Shown here: piece by piece, positions 26,383 to 35,794 of the stretch
Position numbering within the stretch: position 1 is the stretch's first letter
Layout of the letters: every line of letters starts with the position of its first letter
From: a virus
Taxonomy: Duplodnaviria > Caudoviricetes
IMG/VR virus record: IMGVR_UViG_3300044641_000673
Coordinates: 1-56,616 of that record
Length of the DNA stretch: 56,616 nt
Direction: 5' to 3' (one strand)
Position numbers and translations under genes: made by a program
The notes under the pieces: generated by a model
The model's input: only the letters and a program-made list of their open reading frames with translations
What the model was told of the DNA's origin: nothing
Databases searched by the model: none

Positions 26383-28214
26383 CCGAGCACCGTCCTGTCG
26401 CCAGAATCAATATGTCCGATGATTTGACCCATCTGGTAATTACCACCCACGGCATTTGACTCAAAGCGCACACGCAACTCACGGCGTTGCTCTTTAAGCA
26501 TAACGATCTGCTGGTAAGGCTCGGAGGCGGTCTCAGGGAATGAGAACACGCTGCTGAAAACTTCAGGCGCTCTAGCGTTAGCGCGACCTGTAACTTGCAC
26601 AGTCATGGGACCGCTCTGTATGAAATCAGGTTCAATTTCCGTTATGCGGACATATTCGTTCTTACCCTGCGGTAATGAAGACAAGTCTGCTGTCTCAAAA
26701 TATGATTGAATCGGTAGTGTTGATTGACCTTCAACAGCGTCAACGCCTTGCTCATGAATCCAAACGCGATAACCGCTCGCGGTAGAAATACAATCTGTCA
26801 GCAGAGGTGCGGCAAAGCCATTGTTGTAGCCGCCCGAGGCGCGACCGGAGGCGGGTAGCTCGGTGTCATACCAAGAGTTCTCGCGCACATTGTAAATGAT
26901 AGCGTGCGTGCACTCTGTCGCATCATCGCGTGGGTAGCACCACCAAATTTCACCGAAATGAGGCACTTTGAACGCAAACACTTTTGCTCTCTGGCTCTCA
27001 TTGATGTTGTCAAAAAAGTAGTTTAGGTTCATCTGGTTAGGTACTTCACGCACCACGCCGTTGAACATCAGGAAGCGGTCAACACCGCACCAGAAAAACA
27101 CGCCATCATAATCCACCACGCAGTCGGGTGACATGATAGAAGTATCCGTGGCGATCGTGTCAAACTGAAATACGGTAGCGCCGCCTGTGAAAGTTGCACG
27201 AATCACAGCGTCATAAGCCCAGAACAGACCTGCTGGCGCTGAGCCTGAACCTGCTCTCAGCGGCATACCTTTAACGATTTTCTGACCCCAGACACGTGCT
27301 ATCCCTGAACCTGATCCGCTCAGATCAGTGAAGTCACCAGGAACAGACCAACCAATAATACCCGCTGTACCGTAGTAAAACAGGTAAGGGAACAGCATCA
27401 CGATACCGCCAGTGGTGTTAGCCCCAGCAGGTAAAGGGATCTCTACTAACGGCGCGGTTCCTAGAACGTCACCGTAAAAAATCTGACCGCCGGTGTCATT
27501 ACAGACGCATTGCAAATTAGGCGCTACATGCGCAATGATAGAGTTATATGTGGTTGATGCGTCATACGATGTCTGGAACATCCATTGGTTGTAGGGAGAA
27601 CTAACTAAAGCATTCGCGCCACCAACCATGTTAGTTACGGTAGTTGTGATCGTTGTGGTGTTAGCCACGACAACAAACCCGTTAGTAGCTTGCCCAGCAG
27701 TTGAAGCTGTAATGGTGATCACCGCGCCGACAGCTACAGCCGTGTAGTTAGGAGTTGAAGCAAAAGCGGTAATGTTTGCCGCAACAGCCGTAGCGGTCGT
27801 CGGTAAGTCAGTCGTGAACGAAACAGAGCCTGACGTAATAGTCACGCCGTTCACAGTGATACTGTTAACTGACCCAGCCCCGCCACCCGTCAAAATAACT
27901 GTTCCGGTTGCGCTGACCGCAACGGGAGTTCTATTGCTAATGACAGAGCTGTTTTTAGTTGTGTCAATCGTAAAACGCTCAACGGTAGATGCGCCCGCTG
28001 AATGGCAATACTGCAAACTCTGCTGAGTAAAGCTGTTGAAGCCGCGAGAAATTTCTGTCAAATATTTATTGATAGAGCGATAGCCGAGAATCTTTCTAGG
28101 AAGCCCGCGCTGAAACCTGACCCACTGTCCGTCAATGTAAAAGTCACCGTCGTACTTAGTACCGTCCCGCTTAATACCGGCGAGAGACTTCAGGACTATC
28201 GTGGATTCAGGCAT
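26379..28214 (-). CDS. Tail nozzle / DNA-stabilisation protein (P22 gp10 / tail tubular B-like)
   Basis: GIKRDGT..WVRFQRGLPRK, beta-propeller-like FWCGVDRFLMFNG, FGEIWWCYP, IYNVRENSWY; located before the ejection genes. Confidence 0.7.
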   Translation of the reverse strand: MPESTIVLKSLAGIKRDGTKYDGDFYIDGQWVRFQRGLPRKILGYRSINKYLTEISRGFNSFTQQSLQYCHSAGASTVERFTIDTTKNSSVISNRTPVAVSATGTVILTGGGAGSVNSITVNGVTITSGSVSFTTDLPTTATAVAANITAFASTPNYTAVAVGAVITITASTAGQATNGFVVVANTTTITTTVTNMVGGANALVSSPYNQWMFQTSYDASTTYNSIIAHVAPNLQCVCNDTGGQIFYGDVLGTAPLVEIPLPAGANTTGGIVMLFPYLFYYGTAGIIGWSVPGDFTDLSGSGSGIARVWGQKIVKGMPLRAGSGSAPAGLFWAYDAVIRATFTGGATVFQFDTIATDTSIMSPDCVVDYDGVFFWCGVDRFLMFNGVVREVPNQMNLNYFFDNINESQRAKVFAFKVPHFGEIWWCYPRDDATECTHAIIYNVRENSWYDTELPASGRASGGYNNGFAAPLLTDCISTASGYRVWIHEQGVDAVEGQSTLPIQSYFETADLSSLPQGKNEYVRITEIEPDFIQSGPMTVQVTGRANARAPEVFSSVFSFPETASEPYQQIVMLKEQRRELRVRFESNAVGGNYQMGQIIGHIDSGDRTVLG

Positions 28215-29419
28215 CAGTAAGTCCCACCATTAACAACGCCCGCAGGTGCAACACCTAGCGCAGTCCATGCGGCTTGTTGATTAGCTGCTTCAAAAATAGG
28301 GATACCTACCGCTGTGCCGCCAAGGTTGATCAACGCGCCGCCCGCCGTAGTAGCCCCTGTGCCGCCCTGTGCAATTGTGATTGGGAAACTTGCAGTAGTT
28401 GTATCAGCATCAACCACATCACTACCGTCGCAGTAGTAAATACCTCGTGAACCTTGAGAAACAGCAAGTCCAGTTCCAGCGGAGGTTTTAACAGTCAGCG
28501 TGAAAGCACCCGTTGTAGAGTTGTCAATCCAATACTGTTGGACAGTAGAGGGCACAACTACGATGCGGTTGCCAGTTAAAGCGCCCGTAAACTTGTAAAC
28601 AATCCGGTTCAATTCTGAGCCGGTTAACGTGTATGTGCCGGTACCAGCAATACTGATCACTGTGTAGTCAAACACAAAGACAGAAGCCTGACCGAACCCT
28701 AACGTGTAGAAGTTTGTGCCATCGCTGATGATGACAGACGACTCGGTTGGTTGGTAGTTTTTCGTTGCCAATCCATCGATGGTGTTGACGCCAGAAGGTG
28801 TCAATACAACTTGACCACCACCTGAGTTACGCAAATACATGAACCAGTTGTTGCCCACGGTAGCGGCGCTAGGCAGCGTTAGAACACCTGAGCCTGATCC
28901 CGTCCATAAATACATCTTGGCGCGGTCTGAGTCACCCGCCGTGTAGTTTGAGTTGAACTGCGTAATAGGTACTGATTGGGACAGCAATGTGCCCACAGCT
29001 ACAATACCAGTACCCGCAAGCGCAGAAGCGTTAGCCTCGGATACGGTAGCGCCAAACTGAAGCGTTTCCCACAAGCCGTTCGCAGTGGTGTTGCTTGTCA
29101 AGTAGACTTGCCAAACTGTTCCGGCAGCAATTGAAACGACCTGCGTGCCACCGGCGTTCTTAACTATGAAAGTTTGTGCACCTTGGTTGTTGAACAGAAT
29201 AGTGTTACCGACGCCGCTCTTTTGTGCATCTGGCAGGAAGATTGATCGTCCTGCGTTAGTAGCTGTTACGTCAATAATACGGGTCGCGAGGTTGACGTTA
29301 GTAGAGGTTTCCTCTGGCCAACTCAACACAACGTCGGTAGTTGTCAGCGTTATCGCGCTGTAGCTGATCTCGCTCGGGTAGATATTCGCACCACCAAAGA
29401 CATCGGTATAAATAGGCAT
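28214..29419 (-). CDS. Tail-associated beta-rich structural protein
   Basis: Repeated TLP.A..VGN...N..G units; Thr/Gly-rich; between adaptor and nozzle. Confidence 0.6.
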   Translation of the reverse strand: MPIYTDVFGGANIYPSEISYSAITLTTTDVVLSWPEETSTNVNLATRIIDVTATNAGRSIFLPDAQKSGVGNTILFNNQGAQTFIVKNAGGTQVVSIAAGTVWQVYLTSNTTANGLWETLQFGATVSEANASALAGTGIVAVGTLLSQSVPITQFNSNYTAGDSDRAKMYLWTGSGSGVLTLPSAATVGNNWFMYLRNSGGGQVVLTPSGVNTIDGLATKNYQPTESSVIISDGTNFYTLGFGQASVFVFDYTVISIAGTGTYTLTGSELNRIVYKFTGALTGNRIVVVPSTVQQYWIDNSTTGAFTLTVKTSAGTGLAVSQGSRGIYYCDGSDVVDADTTTASFPITIAQGGTGATTAGGALINLGGTAVGIPIFEAANQQAAWTALGVAPAGVVNGGTY

Positions 29420-30051
29420 TACGCTTCACTCCTGTTTGCTGAGCGATCCATGATACGTTTCAGATCTTCTCCGTTGAGAGCCTGAGCAGCACGGTCGTAC
29501 ATGGCTTGCCAAGTCTGAATACGCTCGTCTTTTTTAAGGAACGGGGTAGCTTCTAGCAGCGTTGCGTAAAGCAGCACATCCGGCGCGTATTCAGTAAGCC
29601 AGTTGGTTTGTAAATCATCACCCAGAAGGGCGGGTTGTTCGTAGTACAGAATCTCAAGAGTCTGCGCTGCGGAAGGCGACGGGGTTATCAACCAATGTTG
29701 GTAATCATAGTCAGCGTAAAACTGCGGAACAGCGGTCTGAGCCTCGTTAGGCCAATAACTGCGGCAGTACTCGTATGAACGAGCGAAAATAGGTGACCCG
29801 TTGACCGTCATGCTGATTGTGTCGCGCCACCGGTCAGGCTTGAGGTAGACCGCTACGCCGACAGACAAAGGAGTTGACACTGCGCGGATAAACCCCTGAA
29901 TTTTAAGTTCGCGGGCGATACGGCGCTCACCTAATGTGATTAGGCGAGGTAGCTGGTCGTAAACGATCTGGTCGCTCTCTTGCGTGAAACCACGTTCAAG
30001 GTAGCGGCGCACGTCCACCAGCAGACTGTCGTACGTCATGCTATAGCTCAT
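29419..30051 (-). CDS. Head-tail adaptor / tail tubular protein A-like
   Basis: MTYDSL...I.LGERRI.R.L; PSPS..TLEILYY..P.L....TNWL...APD.LLYA.L.EA.PFLK.DER...W. Confidence 0.72.
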   Translation of the reverse strand: MSYSMTYDSLLVDVRRYLERGFTQESDQIVYDQLPRLITLGERRIARELKIQGFIRAVSTPLSVGVAVYLKPDRWRDTISMTVNGSPIFARSYEYCRSYWPNEAQTAVPQFYADYDYQHWLITPSPSAAQTLEILYYEQPALLGDDLQTNWLTEYAPDVLLYATLLEATPFLKKDERIQTWQAMYDRAAQALNGEDLKRIMDRSANRSEA

Positions 30052-30101
30052 AAATACTCCATGGGTATTAGCCGCTGATTCAGCATGCGCCGTTTTGATG
30101 A

Positions 30102-30131
30102 ATTATAACCTTGAAACAAGTTTCAAGGCAA
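30102..30131 (-). promoter_or_regulatory. sigma70-type promoter with a perfect palindrome in the spacer
   Basis: TTGCCT-18 nt-TATAAT; CCTTGAAAC-aa-GTTTCAAGG at 30109-30128. Confidence 0.65.
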
Positions 30132-30141
30132 ATTGAAAGTG

Positions 30142-30579
30142 TCACTTACTGGCGACGCCCTTGGTCTTCTCAAACGAGCGCATACCCGCGATACCCAAGA
30201 TACCTGACAATATCACCCAAAGTTGATCGGCTTCAAGCACCGGCGGGGGATCCATACCGGTAGGAACCCAGCCCATAGCCTGCAAGTATTTCCACGCCCA
30301 CTGAAACAAAGGGTAGAGCAAAAACTGATACGCCATCGCCGCCACGCCGATCCACCCGATAGCGGGTCGCCAGCCGGAGACGAATACACTGGACGACGCC
30401 GCTTCAATTTTGTTGACCTCAATTTGCGCTAGGTCAGTGGCTTGGTCGATGCGTTTTTCTTCAAGATCTAGCTTCCGCTGCTCGATCTCCATCTCCATTT
30501 TTTCTTTGTCAGTGGTGATCAAGTCACCCGCGACTTTACCTACGGCTTCAATGATTGACCCAACAGCTAGCAAGCTCAT
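30142..30579 (-). CDS. Holin, 3TM (gene-transfer-agent release) family
   Basis: QIEVNKIEA..SVFVSGWRPAIGW...LGIAGMRSFEK. Confidence 0.85.
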   Translation of the reverse strand: MSLLAVGSIIEAVGKVAGDLITTDKEKMEMEIEQRKLDLEEKRIDQATDLAQIEVNKIEAASSSVFVSGWRPAIGWIGVAAMAYQFLLYPLFQWAWKYLQAMGWVPTGMDPPPVLEADQLWVILSGILGIAGMRSFEKTKGVASK

Positions 30580-31091
30580 GCTAAACCTTTCAATGTGCGG
30601 TTAATCCAACCCTTGAGAAATTTAACCTGCACGGGGTTTTTGTTGCATATCTCAACATAACGGGCAATTTTAGCCAAAGCGTAAGATTCTTTAAAGCGCT
30701 GACCGTCTGTGATTTGGTTCAGCTTCTCTATAGTTTTAGCCCCGATACCACCATCAGGTGTAGCACCTACGACCAGTTGAGCTAGCTTGACCGCCATACT
30801 CATACCGGCGTTTACGCCGAAGTTGAAGATAGAATTGGCAACTTCTTGATTGGCAATCTCGTTGCCGCGCATTTTGTCCCAGAACTCTACGCGGTAAAAC
30901 TCTCTAACCATGGGTGTCAAAGAGCCTCCAAATTCTTTCTTGTCTACTAGCGCCCACCCGTTCCACTGGGGGTTCTTGTTACGAGCAATGCCAGCGTAGG
31001 TCATACCGCCGGTGTCTCCAGGGACTTCGTGCAGGACGTAACCGCCCTCATCCCTGATCATTTGCTCAAAAGCTGGTTCAAACTGCGCCAT
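30576..31091 (-). CDS. Endolysin, glycoside hydrolase family 108 with C-terminal PG-binding region
   Basis: EGGY...DTGGMTYAGI, FNFGVNAG, DGGIGAKT, FLKGWINR. Confidence 0.9.
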   Translation of the reverse strand: MAQFEPAFEQMIRDEGGYVLHEVPGDTGGMTYAGIARNKNPQWNGWALVDKKEFGGSLTPMVREFYRVEFWDKMRGNEIANQEVANSIFNFGVNAGMSMAVKLAQLVVGATPDGGIGAKTIEKLNQITDGQRFKESYALAKIARYVEICNKNPVQVKFLKGWINRTLKGLA

Positions 31092-31702
31092 TACTGTTTA
31101 CTCCTTGAAAGCATGGTGGCTGCAATATCCATCATTGTTCTCGTTACTTGAATGTCGGCTGGTTCACTATCCCAACCCACAGTAATCTGGCCTACAAATC
31201 TGTTTGGGTCAGGTGGAATACTAATTCGGCAAGTGTAGGCAACCCCCTTGGCGATGTACCACAAGCCCATTTCGGACTGCGCCGAACGGTATTCCCCGCA
31301 AGGTATCTCACTAGCCATCAGCTTCACCACATCTGCGTTGTTGGCTGCGTTTTGAGTAAACAAACCCACATCCAGCCCATCGTTGGTTTTGTCTCGGCCT
31401 TCTTTGGTGTAAGCGCGATACAGCACTCGAGTTCCAAACATTGGGTTTACTTTGAACACAGCGACAATAGTGGCGTTGGTGGTTTTAAATAAATGAGCAG
31501 CAGCGTCTTCTACCCTGTCCTCGACAATGCTTGGCATCTTCTTAGACTCTTTGTACGCACCCATTAACAATTCTTGGTTCTGCCAAACAAAGTATCCAGA
31601 GAACGCAAAAATTGCCATGAGCAACAGCGCAAACAGCTTGAACGGGCTATCTACATAGGAAAGCACTTTGCTTATTATGTCTGCTGGTTTTTCGTCACTC
31701 AT
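31091..31702 (-). CDS. T4 gpT-like holin (single TM plus periplasmic GAF-like domain)
   Basis: One TM, then VWQNQELLMGAYKESK, NATIVAVFKVNP, FVGQITVGW, AATMLSRSK, which match T4 T segments as I recall them (VWYRGDSFFEYYKQSK, EADFSAVYSFRP, YAGTITMYW, AARILGRAK). Confidence 0.62.
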   Translation of the reverse strand: MSDEKPADIISKVLSYVDSPFKLFALLLMAIFAFSGYFVWQNQELLMGAYKESKKMPSIVEDRVEDAAAHLFKTTNATIVAVFKVNPMFGTRVLYRAYTKEGRDKTNDGLDVGLFTQNAANNADVVKLMASEIPCGEYRSAQSEMGLWYIAKGVAYTCRISIPPDPNRFVGQITVGWDSEPADIQVTRTMMDIAATMLSRSKQ

Positions 31703-31851
31703 CCTAGTCCAATCATTCCAAGTAATTTATTAACAATCTTGTCCGACAAGTTATCAGGCAGGAACTGTAAAAACCCAAGTACCCACCAAGCAATGCACAA
31801 CCGCACAAAGACTTTAAGGAAAAGGTCAAATTGCTTCTGGTACTCATTCAC
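31699..31851 (-). CDS. Small membrane protein (50 aa, MNEYQKQFDLFLKVFVRLCIAWWVLGFL...)
   Basis: Translated by hand; GTGA and ATGA overlaps with both neighbours. Confidence 0.65.
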   Translation of the reverse strand: MNEYQKQFDLFLKVFVRLCIAWWVLGFLQFLPDNLSDKIVNKLLGMIGLG

Positions 31852-32348
31852 CGCCCACATCCTGCTTTGCCGCACATATTTTGCAACTCAGTCAAGCCAA
31901 AAGCAATCAGCGTTACAAGAAAAACAATTGCCAATCCAGCTACTAGGTAAACCGTCTGTTCTTCCTCGGCTTCTTTTTGTTTCTTCTCTTCAAGCCGTAG
32001 TGCCTTTATCTCTTTGGCATCTGCTAAATCCATTGCGGCTTGACGTGCTTTGATCTTGTTCCACACGTCAATCTTGCCTGTTGTCATGAAGAGCATCTTT
32101 AACTCTTCCTCAAACGCTCTGGCTTGCTCAAGCACCATCTCAATCTGTAGCGCGGTTCCCATGTTAGAACCCTTCTTTGACCGCTTGGCTTCGATCATCG
32201 CTTTGGTAGCGGTGCTCCTAGCATCAAACATCTTGCCAATCATCGGGGCAAGACCGCCTAAATCATTGGCAACCTTGCTGGCCTTTTTGACCATGCTGAT
32301 GGCGTTTTGTAACCCATCTAATGCTGCTATGGGGTCTATGAGAATCAC
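31848..32348 (-). CDS. Coiled-coil protein with C-terminal TM helix
   Basis: IDPIAAL... N-terminus, charged coil, hydrophobic YLVAGLAIVFLVTLIAFGL; start uncertain (GTG at 32348 overlaps the upstream stop). Confidence 0.7.
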   Translation of the reverse strand: MILIDPIAALDGLQNAISMVKKASKVANDLGGLAPMIGKMFDARSTATKAMIEAKRSKKGSNMGTALQIEMVLEQARAFEEELKMLFMTTGKIDVWNKIKARQAAMDLADAKEIKALRLEEKKQKEAEEEQTVYLVAGLAIVFLVTLIAFGLTELQNMCGKAGCGR

Positions 32349-32437
32349 GACAAACTCCACGCAATCATGTACGTGCCAAAAATGACGAAGGCCACTATAC
32401 AGGCCGCCGCAATGAATGCTTCAGCCCAGTCCCACAT
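32345..32437 (-). CDS. Single-TM micro-protein (30 aa, MWDWAEAFIAAACIVAFVIFGTYMIAWSLS)
   Basis: Translated by hand; exactly fills the gap between neighbours. Confidence 0.5.
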   Translation of the reverse strand: MWDWAEAFIAAACIVAFVIFGTYMIAWSLS

Positions 32438-32438
32438 A

Positions 32439-32798
32439 CTAGCCTTGAGTTAAATGATATGTACTTAACAAATCCCATTGCTGTTCAGGTGTAATTTCTG
32501 GTGAAGCAACATCATCAACACCATCGCCATCCCGAATTGCATGGATGCAACAAAATACAGTGTTAGTTTCCAACGCTATAAATTGATGCGTAATTCCTTT
32601 GGGTGTGACAATTAAATGTGGGGCAGTATATTCTTGCTCACCATTGTCATGCTTCATTAAAACTTTTCCAACCGCCAACAAAGTAATATGGTCAAACATA
32701 TGGGCATGGCCATGATGCGTATCACCAACATTAAGGAATTGGTGCATCTTGACAAATACATTGTCAACAAGTTTTAAATCTACTCTTGGCTCAGACAC
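32439..32798 (-). CDS. Cupin-fold metalloprotein
   Basis: GHAHMFDHITLL..G.V and PKGITHQF cupin motifs 1 and 2. Confidence 0.8.
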   Translation of the reverse strand: MSEPRVDLKLVDNVFVKMHQFLNVGDTHHGHAHMFDHITLLAVGKVLMKHDNGEQEYTAPHLIVTPKGITHQFIALETNTVFCCIHAIRDGDGVDDVASPEITPEQQWDLLSTYHLTQG

Positions 32799-33150
32799 GG
32801 GTTACTCCAATTGGTGTAATTGGATTTGGATCAACCCAAAGTCCTGTTGTTTCATCTAATACAAAATCATCTTTTAGTTTAGGCGCTATAAACCCATCTA
32901 AATTTTGATTGTATGTGTATCCAATACCAGCAAAATTTTTGCGTAATGGCGTTTTACCATTTGCATGAACATTGCCAGTAGTGTTAAAGCTAGTTTGCAT
33001 CCAAATAGTGTCTGATCCAAATAATTCTTTGCATCTTGCAATTCCTCTGGCTTCAGATTCATTATTATTTTCATCTAACAAATCTGCATCAGAAATGGCG
33101 ACAACACGCAAAACAATATTATTGTTATCTAATTCTGCAAAATAAGCCAT
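32791..33150 (-). CDS. Tail-fibre-associated protein (MAYFAELD...RKNFAGIGYTY family)
   Basis: Follows a glycine-rich fibre gene; TAATG coupling. Confidence 0.65.
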   Translation of the reverse strand: MAYFAELDNNNIVLRVVAISDADLLDENNNESEARGIARCKELFGSDTIWMQTSFNTTGNVHANGKTPLRKNFAGIGYTYNQNLDGFIAPKLKDDFVLDETTGLWVDPNPITPIGVTRV

Positions 33151-33998
33151 TATTGGAATCTCCATTTAATGACAACAATACCTTTACCGCCAATGCCAGC
33201 AGCAGCATTTTTTCCGCCACCACCACCACCACCAGTGTTAGCAGTTCCATTTGTACCCGCACCGCTACCGCTACCTGCGCCACCGCCACCAGAGCCACCG
33301 CTACCACCTATTGCAAGTCCACCACCGCCGCCGCCGCCAGCATAAGTAACACTTGATCCAGTAATGCTAGAGGCAGAACCCGATCCACCTGCGCCACCAG
33401 TTGAAACTATTGTTGAGTTACTGCCTGCACTTCCTTTTCCACCGCCGCCACCGCCAGAACTGCCTGAATATGCAGCAAATTGACCAGTGCCACCGTTACT
33501 ACCTTGACCAGAAGTTCCAAGCCCTGCCTCACCAAGAGAAGCGCCACCACCGCCAGAACCACCACTCCCAGCATTTCCACCGCCAAAACCACCGCCACTT
33601 GATATAACAAGTGAACCAAATGAGGAATTAGAACCATTTGCAGCATTGCCACCAGCGCCAACTGTAATTGTGTAAGAAGTTACAGATACACCAAGACCTG
33701 TTGCCGTCCTCATACCACCAGCACCACCACCACCTTTACCTAATACTGGGTTAATACCCGGGCCACCACCGGCTCCACTTTCAGCACCACCACCGCCTGC
33801 AACAACAAGATATTCAACAGCAGAACCCTCAGTGAGGTCTGATCCTAATTGACTGACAGTAAAAGAACCTGAATCATTAAATACTGCAATTTTATAATTG
33901 CCAGAAGTTGTTTCAGTTGCGCCCGATGTGGACGCAATCAGGTAAATAGGGCCAAACGATCTTTGGTTTTGAAAAACCGCTTGAAGTGCGCCGCTCAT
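33150..33998 (-). CDS. Glycine-rich tail fibre/receptor-binding domain protein
   Basis: VEYLVVAGGGG...ITVGAGG...NTGGGGGG...GGKGIVVIKW. Confidence 0.72.
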   Translation of the reverse strand: MSGALQAVFQNQRSFGPIYLIASTSGATETTSGNYKIAVFNDSGSFTVSQLGSDLTEGSAVEYLVVAGGGGAESGAGGGPGINPVLGKGGGGAGGMRTATGLGVSVTSYTITVGAGGNAANGSNSSFGSLVISSGGGFGGGNAGSGGSGGGGASLGEAGLGTSGQGSNGGTGQFAAYSGSSGGGGGGKGSAGSNSTIVSTGGAGGSGSASSITGSSVTYAGGGGGGGLAIGGSGGSGGGGAGSGSGAGTNGTANTGGGGGGGKNAAAGIGGKGIVVIKWRFQ

Positions 33999-34537
33999 GT
34001 CAAGGCGCTCCCTGAAATAACCCAGATACCTGATGAAGAAACGCCAGAAACTTTAACAGCCGTTGCCGAGCCGTACTGGGCTAATGTGCGCGTACCCGTA
34101 GTTCCAGCAGAACTCAAATACATTGTGTCAGTGGTAATTGCAATACTGATTGATGTTGCTGAAAGGTTTATAAACGTGACCGCTGTGCCAATTGGATATG
34201 CAACAGAAGAAGCCGCAGGGATTGTGTAAGTAGCCGCGCCATCGCCAAGTGCGTGATAAATGTGCTTGCCAGAATCGGCAAGCATCAACGTGTAGCTACC
34301 AGCCTGTGCGTTCTGTGGGATGACTCTAAAGCCAACAGCGTTGGTTCCGTCCACTGTGCAGTTGCTCAGTGTGCCCGATGTTGGAGTTCCAAGTACAGGT
34401 GTGGTAAGCGTAGGCACACCTGCTGAACTAATACTGATACCCGTGTTACCCGCACCTTGAAGCGTTAATACGCCAGAGGCATCCGCCGTGACAACCGCAC
34501 CGCCAGTTACGTTATCCGCGTTAAGTATTGTTGCCAT
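33995..34537 (-). CDS. Tail fibre-related structural protein
   Basis: PTLTTPVLGTPTSGTLSNCT, SYTL..ADSGKHI, YPIGTAVTFIN. Confidence 0.65.
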   Translation of the reverse strand: MATILNADNVTGGAVVTADASGVLTLQGAGNTGISISSAGVPTLTTPVLGTPTSGTLSNCTVDGTNAVGFRVIPQNAQAGSYTLMLADSGKHIYHALGDGAATYTIPAASSVAYPIGTAVTFINLSATSISIAITTDTMYLSSAGTTGTRTLAQYGSATAVKVSGVSSSGIWVISGSALT

Positions 34538-34540
34538 GTG

Positions 34541-34783
34541 TTACCCCAGTGCGTTAATTTTTGCTGTGAGAGCCTGCAACTCGGCAAGCAGTTGTTCTTT
34601 GGTTGGTGCAGATGGTGTTACCACTTCAGGCACAGGGCGGTTGTCAACAAATTGACCGTTGGTGTAATCCCAGCCAATGCCGCCGTTTGTAAGTTCAACC
34701 CAGCCTTGTGTGGCGGCGTAGTCCGCCTCGGCTACCACGGTGTTAATTACTTTACCGTTTTCAATAAGTGCAAAATTTGGCAT
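34541..34783 (-). CDS. Small fibre-associated (chaperone-like) protein
   Basis: Start MPNFAL; C-terminal APTKEQLLAELQALTAKINAL. Confidence 0.68.
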   Translation of the reverse strand: MPNFALIENGKVINTVVAEADYAATQGWVELTNGGIGWDYTNGQFVDNRPVPEVVTPSAPTKEQLLAELQALTAKINALG

Positions 34784-34784
34784 A

Positions 34785-35591
34785 TCAATACTCCACAATA
34801 CAAATGCCAGCGCCACCAGCGCCAGTTGCGTTACTGTTATATCTTCCATTTGAACCTGACCCGTATATTCCCGCAATACCCGCACTGTTGTAGTTATACA
34901 TTTCAGCGCGACCAAAAGCTAAAAGCGTAGAACCTGCAAATCCAACTTGATTTGCAGAACCACCAGCATCAATGGTATTAGAACCCCAACCACCAGGAGA
35001 ATTTATATCCCCACCAGATGCTGTACCTCCTGGTGAAGATTCTTGAGCGCCAAAAGTAAAACCTCCAGTTCCTCCGCCTGCGGTTAATGTAGTAAACCCA
35101 GATAATGCAAAAGTTGAACTTCCACCATTGTTTCCAGCGGTATTAGTTGTTGATACGCCAGCTCCGCCTGAACCGATTGTTACTGTGGCTGTGGCACTAG
35201 GCGTTGCGCCTGAGTACCATTTAATTACCGCGCCTCCCCCTCCGCCACTACCCGTGCCATTACTAGTACTTATCACCGCACCACTACCACCGCCACCAAT
35301 AATTGTTACTTTGAATTTTCCTGAAGCGGGAACAGTGAATGAACCAGAAGAAGTAAAAATCTGCGCTTGAGAAAATCCACCACCCGCCGCCGCCCATGTG
35401 GGCGCACTTGACCCGTTACTTGTCAAAACCTGACCAGCAGTCCCAGCCGCGCTAAACGCAGGGGCACTAGAACCAGCAGAGTACAAAACGCCACCCGCCG
35501 ATCCAGCCGCTGTGTTTGCATACGTTGTCCCGTCGCCGTAAACTACGCCGCCCGCCGTGGGGGTGTTGTTACCTGTGATTACTACTGGCAT
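34785..35591 (-). CDS. Glycine-rich tail fibre/receptor-binding domain protein
   Basis: GTAGQVLTSNGSSAPTW shaft repeat, FTSSGSFTVP, IIGGGGSG, GGAGICIVEY. Confidence 0.72.
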   Translation of the reverse strand: MPVVITGNNTPTAGGVVYGDGTTYANTAAGSAGGVLYSAGSSAPAFSAAGTAGQVLTSNGSSAPTWAAAGGGFSQAQIFTSSGSFTVPASGKFKVTIIGGGGSGAVISTSNGTGSGGGGGAVIKWYSGATPSATATVTIGSGGAGVSTTNTAGNNGGSSTFALSGFTTLTAGGGTGGFTFGAQESSPGGTASGGDINSPGGWGSNTIDAGGSANQVGFAGSTLLAFGRAEMYNYNSAGIAGIYGSGSNGRYNSNATGAGGAGICIVEY

Positions 35592-35594
35592 AAT

Positions 35595-35783
35595 TTACTC
35601 CAATGCTTGAATTTGGGCTGACAGCGCATTAAGTTGCGCAAGCAGTTGTTCTTTGGTTGGGGCGGGTGGCTCAGTAGGCGGCACGTATGCCGCCGCACGA
35701 GCTTCAAATTCTGCAATTTCTTCAGCAGTAAATTCCGCTTGAGTTGTTTCGCCTGTAGCAAAATCAAAAATAGTTTTTTTCAT
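35595..35783 (-). CDS. Small fibre-associated (chaperone-like) protein
   Basis: C-terminal APTKEQLLAQLNALSAQIQAL, shared with 34541-34783. Confidence 0.68.
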   Translation of the reverse strand: MKKTIFDFATGETTQAEFTAEEIAEFEARAAAYVPPTEPPAPTKEQLLAQLNALSAQIQALE

Positions 35784-35794
35784 ATAAATCCAAT

